A stretch of 64,000 bases of DNA from an uncultured Chloroflexia bacterium (GTDB lineage Bacteria; Chloroflexota; Limnocylindria; Limnocylindrales; CSP1-4): NCBI GenBank assembly GCA_963713285.1, contig CAVQLA010000003.1, positions 4,514-68,513 of the forward strand. The letters are read 5' to 3'. Positions 26,946-36,418 of this stretch are shown here, in pieces. The notes beneath the pieces were generated by a model. It did no database searches. It had not been told where the DNA came from and saw only the letters and a list, made by a program, of their open reading frames with translations. A program made the position numbers and the translations under genes. How positions within the stretch are numbered: position 1 is the stretch's first letter; the number at the start of each line of letters is the position of its first letter.

Positions 26946-29900
26946 GCGGCCCGGCGCGCCTCCAGGCGCTTCGCCTCCAGGGCTTCAAGTCGTTCGCCGA
27001 GCGGACCGTCGTCGAGTTCGTGCCCGGCATCAACGCCGTCATCGGGCCGAACGGGTCGGGCAAGAGCAACCTCGCCGACGCCCTGCGCTGGGCGCTGGGC
27101 GAGCAGGGCCGTGCCCTGCGCTCGCGGCGCGCGGAGGACGTCGTCTTCGCCGGCTCCGAGCGCCGCTCGGCCCTCGGCATGGCGGACGTCGCGCTGGTCC
27201 TCGACAACGCCGATGGCCTCGTCCCCGTCGACTATGCCGTGGTCGAGGTGGGCCGGCGCCTCTTCCGCTCCGGCGAGAACGACTACCTCGTCAACCGCCA
27301 GCGCGTCCGCCTCAAGGACCTCGTGGAGCTGCTGGACGCCGCGCACCTCGCCGACAACGCCTTCCTCTTCATCGGGCAGGGGATGGTCGACCAGGCGCTG
27401 GCGCTTCGGCCCGAGGAGCGCCGCCCGCTCTTCGAGGAGGTGGCCGGCGTCCGTCGCCACGAGCGACGCCGGCGGCGCTCGGAGGCGCAGCTCGAGGAGG
27501 CGACCGGCAACCTCGCGCGCGTCGAGGACATCCTGGCCGAGCTGCGGCCGCAGGTGCGCCGCCTCGCTGCGCAGGCCGAGCAGCAGGCATCCCGCGCGCG
27601 GGCGGGCGATGAGCTGGCCCTCTCGCTCGTCGGCGTCTTCGGCGCCCGGTGGCACGAGGCGGCGCGGGCGGCGGGAGACGCCGACGCGACGCTCGGCGCT
27701 GCCCGGCAGGCGGCCGCGACCGCGCTGGAGACGCTGCAGGCGGCGGAGAACCTGGCCGCCGCCGCGTCCGCCGACCTCGCGGCGCACATCGCCGTCGAGG
27801 AACAGCGCCGCGACTCGCACGAGCTTGCCCGCGCCGCGCTCGCCGCGATCGACCTCGACGCCGCGACGGCCACGGCGGAGGCAGCCGCGATCGCGCGCGA
27901 CCGGGCGCGCGTCGCCGGCGAGCGGTCCGCGGCGGAGGCCGAGCTGGCGGAGCGGCGGCGCGAGCTGGCCCTGCCCGTGGCGAGCCCGGACGCGACCCTC
28001 GACGGCGACCTGCTCGACGTGGATCGAGCCCTTGCCGAGGCGCGCGCGGAGGCCGGGGCGCTCCGAGCGGCGTCGGCACGCCGCTCGGAGGCGGAGACGG
28101 CGCTGCGGCGCGCCGCCGCAGCCCGCGCGGATGAGCTCGATGCCCTGCGCCGCCGGCTGGCCGGCGCCCAGGAGGCCCTGGCGGCGGCGGGGGAGGAGGC
28201 GGACCTGGCCCGGGCTCGGGCCGCCACCGCGGCCGCGGCCCTCGAGACCGCGCGCGAAGGCCTGCTCGAGGCCCGGCGCGGGGAGGAGATCACCCGCGAG
28301 GCGCGGGAGGCGGCGCGCCTCGCCCTCACGGAGGTGGAGGCGGCCCGCCAGGCGGCGGCGGAGGCCGCGGGCGCGGCGCGCGCGCGGCGCGCCACGCTGC
28401 TCGGCCGCGCGCAGGCGCTGCGGGCACGCCTGGCCGAGGACGAGGGGCGCGGGATCGCGCCGTCCGCGCGGCGGGCGGGCGGGCGGGCCCTCGTCGCCGA
28501 CCTCGAGATCGATCCGGCCCAGCGTCCGCTCGTGGCGGCCGCTCTCGGCGAGCTCGGGCGGAGCTTCGTCGTCTCCCGGGGCGCGCTGCCGCAGCTGGCG
28601 GGTCAGCGGGGGGTCGTCGTCCTCGGCGACGTGGACGGCGCGGGTGCCCGGGTGCCGGCCGGGCCGGAGATGGACGCCGCGCGCGGTCGCGCCGCCCGCC
28701 ACGGGGGTGGGCTGCTGGCCGACGCCGTGCGGGCCGACCCGGGCGGCGTGGCGCGTCGCCTCCTGGCGCGCTGGGCCTGGGCGCCGTCGCTCGCCGATGC
28801 CGTCGACCTGGTGGCCGCGCTGCCGCCCGGCTGGCGTGTCGCCGCGCGCGACGGGGGCCTCGTCGCCGCGGAAGGCGTCGTGACGCTGGGCGCCGTCGAC
28901 GCGCCGCTGGAGCGCCGCACGGAGCTCGACGCCACCGAGGCCGGCCTGGCGGCCGCGGAGGCCGAGGTCGCGGCTCTCGACGAGCAGGCTCGTGCCGCGG
29001 AGGCGCGTGCGGCGGGGGCGCGGACCGCCCTCGAGACGGCGCGCCGCGAGGAAGCCGACGCGACCGGCCGGCGGCGGGGCGCGGAGGAAGTGGAGCGCCA
29101 GGCCGGGCGCGCCGCCGAGCAGGCGGCGCGCGAGGCCGCCTGGGCCGACGCCCGCCGGGCATCGCTCGACTCGGAGCGCGGACCTCTCGCGGCGCGCCTG
29201 GCCGCCCTGGACGCGGATGGGCTCGCTGCAGCGCCGCCGCCGGAGCCCTCCGCGGGCGTCGAGATGGCGGACGGCGTCGCCGCGGCCCTGGCAGCATGGG
29301 AGGCGCGGGCCGGGGAGCTGGCGGGGCGACGTGAGGCCCTCGCGGCCGCCCGGGCCGTCCGGGACGCCGAGCGGCGCGCCGCGGAGGCCCGGCGGGCACG
29401 CGCCGAGGTCGCCGCCCAGATCGCCGAAGAGCGGATCCAGCGCGCCGAGACCGAGGCGCAGGAGCTCGCGCAGCGCCACGCGGCGCTCGACGCCGCGCGG
29501 GCCACCCGCGACGCTGCGCGCGCCGAAGCCGCGGCTCGCGCAGCCGCCGCGCGGGAGGCGCTCGACCTCGTCCGGGCGGCCGACCTGGCGGGCCGCGACC
29601 GCCTGCGCGCCGCCGAGGTCGAGGTGGCCGCGGCTCGCGAGGCCCTGCGCCGGACCGAGGAGGCGCACCGCGTCGCCGAGGTCCACGAGCTCGAGGCACG
29701 CCTCGCGCTCGACGCGGTGCGCGAGCAGGCGCTCGTGGAGTTCGCGGGCCTGGGGGTCGTGGGACTTGGCGCGCTCGATCCGGCCGCCGCTGCCGACGCG
29801 GTCGAGGACGAGGGGGCGGCCCTGGCGGGCGCGCTGGCCCGGGCCGGCGTGGCGTGGACGATCGCCGCGCCACCGGGCGAGCCCGTGGCGCCGGGACGGC

Positions 29901-30595
29901 TCGCCGGCCTGCGGCGCCGGTTCCACGAGCTGGGGGCCGCCAACCCGTTCGCCGCCGACGAGCATGCGGAGCTGCGGGCGCGGGTGGACGGTCTCGAGGC
30001 GCAGCGCGGCGACCTCGTCGGCGCGATCGAGAAGACGAGGGCCATGATCGCGGAGCTCGACGCGCTCATCACTCGCCAGTTCCGGGCGACCTTCGCGGCC
30101 CTCGAGACTGCCTTCGACCGCCAGTTCCAGCAGCTGTTCGGCGGCGGGTTCGCGCGGCTCAGCCTGACCGACCCCTCCGACCTGGCGCAGACCGGCGTCG
30201 AGATCGTCGCGCGCCCTCCCGGGAAGAAGGCCCAGGCGCTGGCGATGCTCTCGGGCGGCGAGCGAGCGCTGACGGCGGTCGCGCTCCTGTTTGCGATGCT
30301 CGAGGTGCGCCCCGTCCCGTTCTGCGTCCTCGACGAGGTCGACGCCGCCCTCGACGAGGCCAACGTCGGTCGCTTCGTGGAGGCGCTGCGCGGGCTGGCC
30401 GAGACGACGCAGTTCATCGTGATCACCCACAATCGGGGCACCATCGAGGCGGCCGACGCCCTCTACGGCGTGACGGTCGGCGAGGACGCGGTGAGCCGCG
30501 TCGTCAGCCTGCGCATCGAGGAGGCCCGGTCGATCGCCGACGGCGTGCGCGGGAGTCGCGCCGGCGGGCCGGCCGAGCCGCTCCCCGCCGGCTGA
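26942..30595 (+). CDS. smc: chromosome partition protein Smc
   Basis: Walker A GPNGSGKSN, long Ala/Arg/Glu coiled coils with a hinge, signature LSGGERAL and Walker B FCVLDEVDAALD. GTG 26942 (aa 228 of ORF 26261) overlaps the rnc stop (GTGA). Confidence 0.93.
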   Translation: MSGPARLQALRLQGFKSFAERTVVEFVPGINAVIGPNGSGKSNLADALRWALGEQGRALRSRRAEDVVFAGSERRSALGMADVALVLDNADGLVPVDYAVVEVGRRLFRSGENDYLVNRQRVRLKDLVELLDAAHLADNAFLFIGQGMVDQALALRPEERRPLFEEVAGVRRHERRRRRSEAQLEEATGNLARVEDILAELRPQVRRLAAQAEQQASRARAGDELALSLVGVFGARWHEAARAAGDADATLGAARQAAATALETLQAAENLAAAASADLAAHIAVEEQRRDSHELARAALAAIDLDAATATAEAAAIARDRARVAGERSAAEAELAERRRELALPVASPDATLDGDLLDVDRALAEARAEAGALRAASARRSEAETALRRAAAARADELDALRRRLAGAQEALAAAGEEADLARARAATAAAALETAREGLLEARRGEEITREAREAARLALTEVEAARQAAAEAAGAARARRATLLGRAQALRARLAEDEGRGIAPSARRAGGRALVADLEIDPAQRPLVAAALGELGRSFVVSRGALPQLAGQRGVVVLGDVDGAGARVPAGPEMDAARGRAARHGGGLLADAVRADPGGVARRLLARWAWAPSLADAVDLVAALPPGWRVAARDGGLVAAEGVVTLGAVDAPLERRTELDATEAGLAAAEAEVAALDEQARAAEARAAGARTALETARREEADATGRRRGAEEVERQAGRAAEQAAREAAWADARRASLDSERGPLAARLAALDADGLAAAPPPEPSAGVEMADGVAAALAAWEARAGELAGRREALAAARAVRDAERRAAEARRARAEVAAQIAEERIQRAETEAQELAQRHAALDAARATRDAARAEAAARAAAAREALDLVRAADLAGRDRLRAAEVEVAAAREALRRTEEAHRVAEVHELEARLALDAVREQALVEFAGLGVVGLGALDPAAAADAVEDEGAALAGALARAGVAWTIAAPPGEPVAPGRLAGLRRRFHELGAANPFAADEHAELRARVDGLEAQRGDLVGAIEKTRAMIAELDALITRQFRATFAALETAFDRQFQQLFGGGFARLSLTDPSDLAQTGVEIVARPPGKKAQALAMLSGGERALTAVALLFAMLEVRPVPFCVLDEVDAALDEANVGRFVEALRGLAETTQFIVITHNRGTIEAADALYGVTVGEDAVSRVVSLRIEEARSIADGVRGSRAGGPAEPLPAG

Positions 30596-30597
30596 CG

Positions 30598-30669
30598 CGG
30601 GCCGCCGGGCACCATTGGCCTGACCGGCGGACCCGGGCCGCCGGGCACGATTGGCCCCACGGAGGACGC
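30598..30669 (+). repeat. tandem 2 x 36-nt repeat between smc and ftsY
   Basis: cgggccgccgggcacCattggcc and cgggccgccgggcacGattggcc match at 22 of 23 nt with a 36-nt period. The tails are related (tgaccggcggacc / ccacggaggacgc), and the second tail carries the ftsY SD. Confidence 0.8.
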
Positions 30670-31788
30670 ATGTTCTGGCGACGCAAGCCCAGGGACGAGA
30701 GCGACGCGGCCGACGAGGCGCCCGTCTCCGACGCCGAGATCGAGGCCCAGCTCGAGGCCGAGCTCGCCGCGTCCGACGCCGCGACGATCGAGGCCGCGGC
30801 CGCCGGGACCGCCGTCGAGCCGGACCTGCTGGGCGCTCCCCGGCCCTGGGAGGCCGACGCGGAGGCGGGACCGGAGCTGGAGCCGGAGCCGATCGTCGAC
30901 GGGGACCTCGCCGCGGGCGTCGCCAGGAGCCGGGGCGGCTTCATGTCCCGGTTGCGGGGCATCCTCGGGCTGGGCGACCTGGACGCCGCCACCTGGGAGG
31001 AGGTGGAGGAGACCCTGATCTCCGGCGACGTGGGCGCGACCCTCGCGATCGAGGTCGTGGATCGCGCCCGGGCGCGCCGGCATCCCGGCGGGCCGGAGGC
31101 CGCCGTTCGCGACGAGCTGGCCGGCCTCCTCGCGCCCCGTGCCGGGGGCTGGGCCTTCGAGCCGGCGGCGCCCGGCGGGCCCGCGGTCGTCCTGGTCGTG
31201 GGGGTGAACGGGACCGGGAAGACCACCACGATCGGCAAGATCGCGGCGCGGGAGCGGGCCGCGGGCCGCAGCGTCCTCCTTGCCGCCGGCGACACGTTCC
31301 GGGCTGCGGCCATCGACCAGCTCCGCCTGTGGGGGGAACGCGCGGCGGCGCCGGTCGTGGCCCACGCCCCGGGCGCCGACCCGGCGGCCGTCGTCTACGA
31401 CGCCCTCGACGCGGCGATCGCCCGCCGTGTCGACGTCCTCATCGCGGACACCGCCGGCCGGCTCCACACGAAGTCGAACCTGATGGACGAGCTCGCGAAG
31501 ATGCGGCGCGTCATCGACCGCCGCCTTCCGGGCGCCCGTCCCGAGGTGCTCTTCGTCCTCGACGCCACCACCGGCCAGAATGGCCTGGCCCAGGCGAAGG
31601 CCTTCCACGATGCCACCGGCCTGACCGGGATCGTCCTGACCAAGCTGGACTCCACGTCGAAGGGCGGGATCGTCTTCGCCATCGAGCACGCGCTCGGGGT
31701 GCCGGTTCGCTTCGTCGGGGTGGGGGAGAAGGTCGGCGACCTTCTCGTCTTCGACCCGGATGCGTTCGTGGCGGCGCTCTTCGCCTGA
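30670..31788 (+). CDS. ftsY: signal recognition particle receptor FtsY
   Basis: Acidic N-terminus and an NG domain (GVNGTGKTTTIGK, DTAGRLH, TKLD). ATG is at aa 273 of ORF 29854, with a GGAGG SD. Confidence 0.93.
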   Translation: MFWRRKPRDESDAADEAPVSDAEIEAQLEAELAASDAATIEAAAAGTAVEPDLLGAPRPWEADAEAGPELEPEPIVDGDLAAGVARSRGGFMSRLRGILGLGDLDAATWEEVEETLISGDVGATLAIEVVDRARARRHPGGPEAAVRDELAGLLAPRAGGWAFEPAAPGGPAVVLVVGVNGTGKTTTIGKIAARERAAGRSVLLAAGDTFRAAAIDQLRLWGERAAAPVVAHAPGADPAAVVYDALDAAIARRVDVLIADTAGRLHTKSNLMDELAKMRRVIDRRLPGARPEVLFVLDATTGQNGLAQAKAFHDATGLTGIVLTKLDSTSKGGIVFAIEHALGVPVRFVGVGEKVGDLLVFDPDAFVAALFA

Positions 31789-31798
31789 CCGGCCGGCG

Positions 31799-31814
31799 GG
31801 TGCGCGGGCGCACC
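31799..31814 (+). terminator. hairpin after ftsY
   Basis: GGTGCG-cggg-CGCACC, 10 nt after the ftsY stop, with no U tract. Confidence 0.3.
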
Positions 31815-31871
31815 ACCCGATCGGCGGAATCGCCGGGACGGTCGTCGGGCGGCGCCCGGACGGTGTTGGGG

Positions 31872-31877
31872 TAGAAT
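31872..31877 (+). promoter_or_regulatory. -10-like TAGAAT upstream of ffh
   Basis: ttggggTAGAATctgggc in the 181-nt ftsY-ffh spacer. Confidence 0.35.
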
Positions 31878-31969
31878 CTGGGCACCTCGGTGTCGCCAGA
31901 ACCCGCGCACCACCTCCGGAGCGCAGCCGCGCTCCGCGGGACCCGGTCCACTGGAGCCCCTGCCCGCGC

Positions 31970-33289
31970 ATGTTCGACGCCCTCTCGGATCGCCTTCGCA
32001 AGACCCTCGGCGCCCTCACCGGGCGCGGCCGCGTCACCGAGGCCGATGTCGACGCCGCCATGCGCGAAGTGCGCCTCGCCCTCCTGGAGGCCGACGTCAA
32101 CTTCAAGGTCGTGAAGGAGTTCACGGCCCGCGTCCGGGAGCGCGCCGTGGGGGCCGAGGTCCTGGAATCGCTGAACGCCGGGCAGCAGGTCGTCAAGATC
32201 GTCAACGAGGAGCTGACCGCGCTCCTCTCGGCGGGCGACCGGACCTTCCACCTCGCCGGCAACCCGGCCGTCATCGCCCTCGTCGGCCTGCAGGGATCGG
32301 GCAAGACGACGTCCGCCGCCAAGCTGGCGCGCCACGTCGTGAAGCTCGGCCGCCGGCCGCTCCTCGTCGCCGCCGACCCGTACCGGCCGGCCGCGGTCGA
32401 CCAGCTGAAGACGCTCGGCGCCGGGCTCGACATCCCCGTCTTCGCCGCGCCGGCGGGGACGCCGGTCCCGGAGATCGGGCGCCTCGGCATCGAGGCGGCC
32501 CGGCGCGAGGTCCGCGACACCGTGATCCTCGACACGGCCGGCCGGCTCTCCGTCGATGAGGTCCTGATGGCGGAGATCACCGAGCTGACCCTCGGGGTGC
32601 GGCCCGTGGAGACGCTCCTGGTGGTGGACGCGATGGCCGGCCAGGAGGCGGTGGGTGTCGCCCAGGCCTTCGCCGCCGCGGTGCCGCTCACCGGCCTGGT
32701 CCTCACGAAGATCGACGGCGACGCCCGCGGCGGTGCCGCCCTCTCCATCAGCGCGGTCACCGGCCTGCCGGTCAAGTTCCTCGGGACCGGCGAGAAGACC
32801 GACGCCCTCGAGCCGTTCCACCCCGACCGCCTCGCCGGCCGCATCCTCGGCATGGGCGACGTCATGACGCTCATCGAGCGCGCCCAGGACGCCTTCGACC
32901 AGAAGGAAGCCGAGAAGGCCGCCGCGAAGTTCCAGGCGGGGAGCTTCACGCTGGAGGACATGCTCGAGCAGCTCCAGCAGGTCAAGAAGATGGGCCCCCT
33001 CGACCAGCTCGTGGGGATGATCCCGGGCCTCTCGGGCATGGCCAAGGAGGCCGAGGAATCCGTCAACCGGGGCGACCTCTCCCGCACCGAGGCGATCATC
33101 CGCTCGATGACGCCCGGCGAGCGGCGCGACCCCGACGTCCTCAATGCAAGCCGTCGGCGACGCATCGCCGCCGGGTCCGGCACCTCGATCGCCGAGGTCA
33201 ACCGGCTGGTCAAGCAGTTCAGCGACATGCAGAAGCTCATGAAGCAGCTCCGCGGGGGTCGACGAATCCCCGGGATGTTCGGCCGCTGA
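31970..33289 (+). CDS. ffh: signal recognition particle protein Ffh
   Basis: NG domain (GLQGSGKTT, DTAGR, TKIDGDARGG) and a Met-rich M domain (MKKMGPLDQLVGMIPG). ATG is at aa 71 of ORF 31760. Confidence 0.95.
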   Translation: MFDALSDRLRKTLGALTGRGRVTEADVDAAMREVRLALLEADVNFKVVKEFTARVRERAVGAEVLESLNAGQQVVKIVNEELTALLSAGDRTFHLAGNPAVIALVGLQGSGKTTSAAKLARHVVKLGRRPLLVAADPYRPAAVDQLKTLGAGLDIPVFAAPAGTPVPEIGRLGIEAARREVRDTVILDTAGRLSVDEVLMAEITELTLGVRPVETLLVVDAMAGQEAVGVAQAFAAAVPLTGLVLTKIDGDARGGAALSISAVTGLPVKFLGTGEKTDALEPFHPDRLAGRILGMGDVMTLIERAQDAFDQKEAEKAAAKFQAGSFTLEDMLEQLQQVKKMGPLDQLVGMIPGLSGMAKEAEESVNRGDLSRTEAIIRSMTPGERRDPDVLNASRRRRIAAGSGTSIAEVNRLVKQFSDMQKLMKQLRGGRRIPGMFGR

Positions 33290-33306
33290 GGCCGGGAGGA
33301 AACGAC

Positions 33307-35127
33307 ATGGCCGAGATCGAGCCGATGTCCGGGCCGACGGGGGCTCCCGGCGGGCCGCGCCCGGGGGAGCCCGCGTCCGTTGCGACGGTACCGGTGGGAG
33401 GTGGCGCCGCCACCGCCACAGGTGCGCCCGAGCGGCCGAAGGGCCTCGTCCGGTGGGGCGTCGCGCTCCTGGGGGTCGCCGTGATGGTGGGGGTCGTCTC
33501 CATCGCCGCGGTGATGCTCGCCGCGGGCGCGACCTCGTCGATCGTGCAGGGGTGGCTCCCGGCCACGACCGTGGCCTACCTCGAGGTCCGCGCCGACCTG
33601 CCCGGCGACCAGCGCGCGAAGGTCGGTGACATCATCGCCAAGTTCCCGGGCTTCGCCGACCAGGCGTCCCTCGACGCCAAGATCGACGAGGCGCTCGATC
33701 GTGTCCTGGAGGGCTCCGGCGTCAGCTGGACGAGCGATGTCAAGCCGTGGCTCGGCGGCGAGGTGGGCCTCGCCGTCACGTCGGCGGCGTTCGACGTCGC
33801 GTCGCTGTCCGACCTCGGCTCGGGCGGGCTCGAGGGGCTGGACGGGCCGGATCTCGGCAAGGCCCCCGACGACGGGGCGGTCGCCCTCATCGCGGTGAAG
33901 GATGCCGCAGCCGCGGAGGCCTGGATCGCCAAGCAGCTCGGCGGCACGCAGACGACCGAGACCTACGCCGGGGGAGAGATCACGCTCGTCGCCGGCCCCC
34001 TCAAGAACAACCTGGCCTTCGCCGTCCGGGGCAACGTCCTGGTCCTCGGGCCGGAGAAGACCGTCAAGGCCGCGCTCGACACCAACGGCTCGAGCCCGGT
34101 GGCGACGTCCGACTCCTTCGCCGCCGCTCGCGAGACCCTGCCGACGGCGTACCTCGGCTTCGGCTACGCCGACCTCAAGGCGTTCGTCGACGCGTCGCTC
34201 GGCGCCGCGGGCGACCAGGCCGACCTGCCGAAGGCGTGCCTCGACCAGGTCGTCGGGATGGTCCCCGCGTGGGCCGCCGGCTCGGCGCGGGCCGCGGACG
34301 ACGCGCTCGTCTTCGAGACGACCATGCCCGCGGCCGGGGATGTCGCGTCGACCGCCAAGGGCAGCGCCAGCGCCGTCGCGTCGCGCCTGCCGGCGACCAC
34401 GATCGCCGCCGTCGAGGTCCGCGATCTCGGCCCCAGTCTCGTCGCCGGCGTCGAGACCCTCAAGGAGGCTCTCGCGTGTGACCCGTCGACCGCCGACATG
34501 ATCGAGCAGCTCGAGCAGGCGCTGACCGCCGCGGGTGGCCCCGAGGCCCTCATCGGCTGGGCCGGCGACACCGCGATCGCCGTGGAGTTCGGCGATGGCG
34601 CCTTCGGGGGCGGCCTCGCCGCCATCGTCACCGACGAGGCGGCCGCCGGCCGCACGCTCGACCAAGTCCAGGCGCTGCTCGCCCTCGCCGGGTCCGACGC
34701 CGGGATCGACGTCCGCGAGGAGCCCTACGGCGACGGCGAGCTGCTCGTCGTCACCCTCCCGGCCGACGTGGAGATGCTGGCCGAGGATGCCCCGGAGATC
34801 GCGGTCACCGTCCAGGACGGCGTCTTCGTCCTCGGGACGCTCGACTTCGTGAAGCATGTCGTCGACACGACGGCCGGCACGTCGCTGGCCCAGCTCGACA
34901 CCTACGAGCGGGCGATCTCGCTCGCGGGCGGCGACGGCGTGAGCGACGTCTTCGTGGACCTCGCCGCCGTCCGCGCGGCCGCCGAGTCCATGATCCCGGC
35001 CGGCGAGAAGGCCCAGTACGAGACCGAGGTCAAGCCCTTCCTCGAGCCGTTCGAGGCCTTCGCCTCGGTCGCCGAGGCGCCCGGCACGACGACCACGTCG
35101 CGCGCCGTCATCACGTTCACGAAGTAG
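33307..35127 (+). CDS. membrane-anchored hypothetical protein (DUF3352-like layout)
   Basis: 606 aa with a Pro/Gly N-terminus, one TM helix (WGVALLGVAVMVGVVSIAAVMLAA) and a large Ala/Asp/Gly-rich extracytoplasmic part. GGGAGG SD. The family guess rests on layout only. Confidence 0.6.
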   Translation: MAEIEPMSGPTGAPGGPRPGEPASVATVPVGGGAATATGAPERPKGLVRWGVALLGVAVMVGVVSIAAVMLAAGATSSIVQGWLPATTVAYLEVRADLPGDQRAKVGDIIAKFPGFADQASLDAKIDEALDRVLEGSGVSWTSDVKPWLGGEVGLAVTSAAFDVASLSDLGSGGLEGLDGPDLGKAPDDGAVALIAVKDAAAAEAWIAKQLGGTQTTETYAGGEITLVAGPLKNNLAFAVRGNVLVLGPEKTVKAALDTNGSSPVATSDSFAAARETLPTAYLGFGYADLKAFVDASLGAAGDQADLPKACLDQVVGMVPAWAAGSARAADDALVFETTMPAAGDVASTAKGSASAVASRLPATTIAAVEVRDLGPSLVAGVETLKEALACDPSTADMIEQLEQALTAAGGPEALIGWAGDTAIAVEFGDGAFGGGLAAIVTDEAAAGRTLDQVQALLALAGSDAGIDVREEPYGDGELLVVTLPADVEMLAEDAPEIAVTVQDGVFVLGTLDFVKHVVDTTAGTSLAQLDTYERAISLAGGDGVSDVFVDLAAVRAAAESMIPAGEKAQYETEVKPFLEPFEAFASVAEAPGTTTTSRAVITFTK

Positions 35128-35188
35128 GAGCACCGGAGGGCCGGCCCACGAGTCCGGCATCCCGAGCACAGGAGGTTCCCGCACCCAG

Positions 35189-35443
35189 ATGGCAGTCCGC
35201 ATTCGCCTCACACGCGTCGGCGCGAAGAAGCAGCCGGCGTACCGCGTCGTCGTGGCCGACAGCCGGTCGGCCCGCGACGGCCGCGCCATCGAGATCCTCG
35301 GGCACTACAACCCGCGGACCGAGCCCGTCGAGTTCGCCGTCGACGTCGAGAAGACGAAGGCCTGGCTCGACAAGGGCGCGCTGCCGAGCGAGACGGTCGA
35401 GCGTCTCCTGCGCAATGCCGGCGTCCTGCCGGCCGTCAAGTAG
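35189..35443 (+). CDS. rpsP: 30S ribosomal protein S16
   Basis: MAVRIRLTRVGAKKQPAYRVVVADSRSARDGR.IE.LG.YNP, the bS16 pattern. Confidence 0.95.
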   Translation: MAVRIRLTRVGAKKQPAYRVVVADSRSARDGRAIEILGHYNPRTEPVEFAVDVEKTKAWLDKGALPSETVERLLRNAGVLPAVK

Positions 35444-35456
35444 GAAGGGGCCTGCC

Positions 35457-35690
35457 ATGGCCGCCCCCCAGCTCGTCGAGTATGTCGCCAAGTCGCTCGT
35501 CGATCACCCGGAGCAGGTCGAGGTCACGGTCAGCCAGGAGGCGGGCGCGACCGTGATCGAGCTCCGCGTCGCCGACGATGACATGGGCAAGGTGATCGGC
35601 CGGAACGGCAGCGTCGCCAAGGCGCTGCGGACGCTCCTCAAGGTCGTCTCGGCCCGCGACGGCGAGCAGTTCCAGCTGGAGATCGTCTGA
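35457..35690 (+). CDS. KH-domain RNA-binding protein (YlqC-like)
   Basis: LVEYVAKSLVDHPEQVEV...GKVIGRNGSVAKALRTLL. ATG is at aa 15 of ORF 35415. It sits between rpsP and rimM, as expected. Confidence 0.88.
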   Translation: MAAPQLVEYVAKSLVDHPEQVEVTVSQEAGATVIELRVADDDMGKVIGRNGSVAKALRTLLKVVSARDGEQFQLEIV

Positions 35691-36415
35691 TCGAACCGGA
35701 GGATGCCCCGGACGGCCGGCTCGTCGTCGCGCTCGTCCGGGGGCTCCACGGCATCCACGGCGCGATGCGGGTCGAGGTCCTGACCGACCGGCCCGACGAG
35801 CGCTTCATTGTCGGCGCACGGCTCTTCGCCGAGGGCGGTGCCGACGCGCTCACGATCGCAGAGGCGCGTCCGGCCAACCCCGGCTGGATCCTGCGTTTCC
35901 GGGAGGTCCCGACGCGCGAAGCGGCCGAGACGCTCCGCCTCGTCTACCTCGAGGTGGAGGCCGGGCCGGGCGACGCCCTGCCCCGCGGCGCGTACTTCTG
36001 GCACGAGATGGTCGGGGTCACGGTCCGCGACGCCGAGGGCGGGGAGCTCGGTACCGTGCGCGACGTGTACCGGGCCGGGGGCGCCGACATCCTCGAGGTC
36101 GTGGGGGGGCCGCGCGGCGACTTCGACCTGCCCATCATCCGCCCCTTCGTCCGGATCCTCGCGCCGCGCCGGGGCGAGATCGTCGCCGACCCGGAGGCCC
36201 TCGACCTGCCCGCGCCCGCCGCGATCCTCGCGCCGCGCCCTCCGCGGCCGCCGCGCCCGCGCCGGGCGACGCGCCGTCGCCCTGCCGTGCCGATGGCGCC
36301 TCGCCCGGCCCCCGACGATCTCGCGGGCGAGACCGGGCCGCGCAACGACTCCCCGGTCGACGGCCGGCCGCGGGACGACGTCGCGGGCGACCCCGCCCCG
36401 GCGCCGGAGACCTGA
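35687..36415 (+). CDS. rimM: 16S rRNA processing protein RimM (start codon non-canonical or unresolved)
   Basis: ORF track starts at ATG 35765, but the in-frame upstream sequence reads (L)IEPEDAPDGRLVVALVRGLHGIHGAMRVEVLTDRPDERF, the conserved RimM N-terminus. The only candidates are CTG 35687 (CTGA overlap with the KH gene stop) and ATC 35690. There is a Pro/Arg-rich C-terminal tail. Confidence 0.8.
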   Translation: MIEPEDAPDGRLVVALVRGLHGIHGAMRVEVLTDRPDERFIVGARLFAEGGADALTIAEARPANPGWILRFREVPTREAAETLRLVYLEVEAGPGDALPRGAYFWHEMVGVTVRDAEGGELGTVRDVYRAGGADILEVVGGPRGDFDLPIIRPFVRILAPRRGEIVADPEALDLPAPAAILAPRPPRPPRPRRATRRRPAVPMAPRPAPDDLAGETGPRNDSPVDGRPRDDVAGDPAPAPET

Positions 36416-36418
36416 GCC

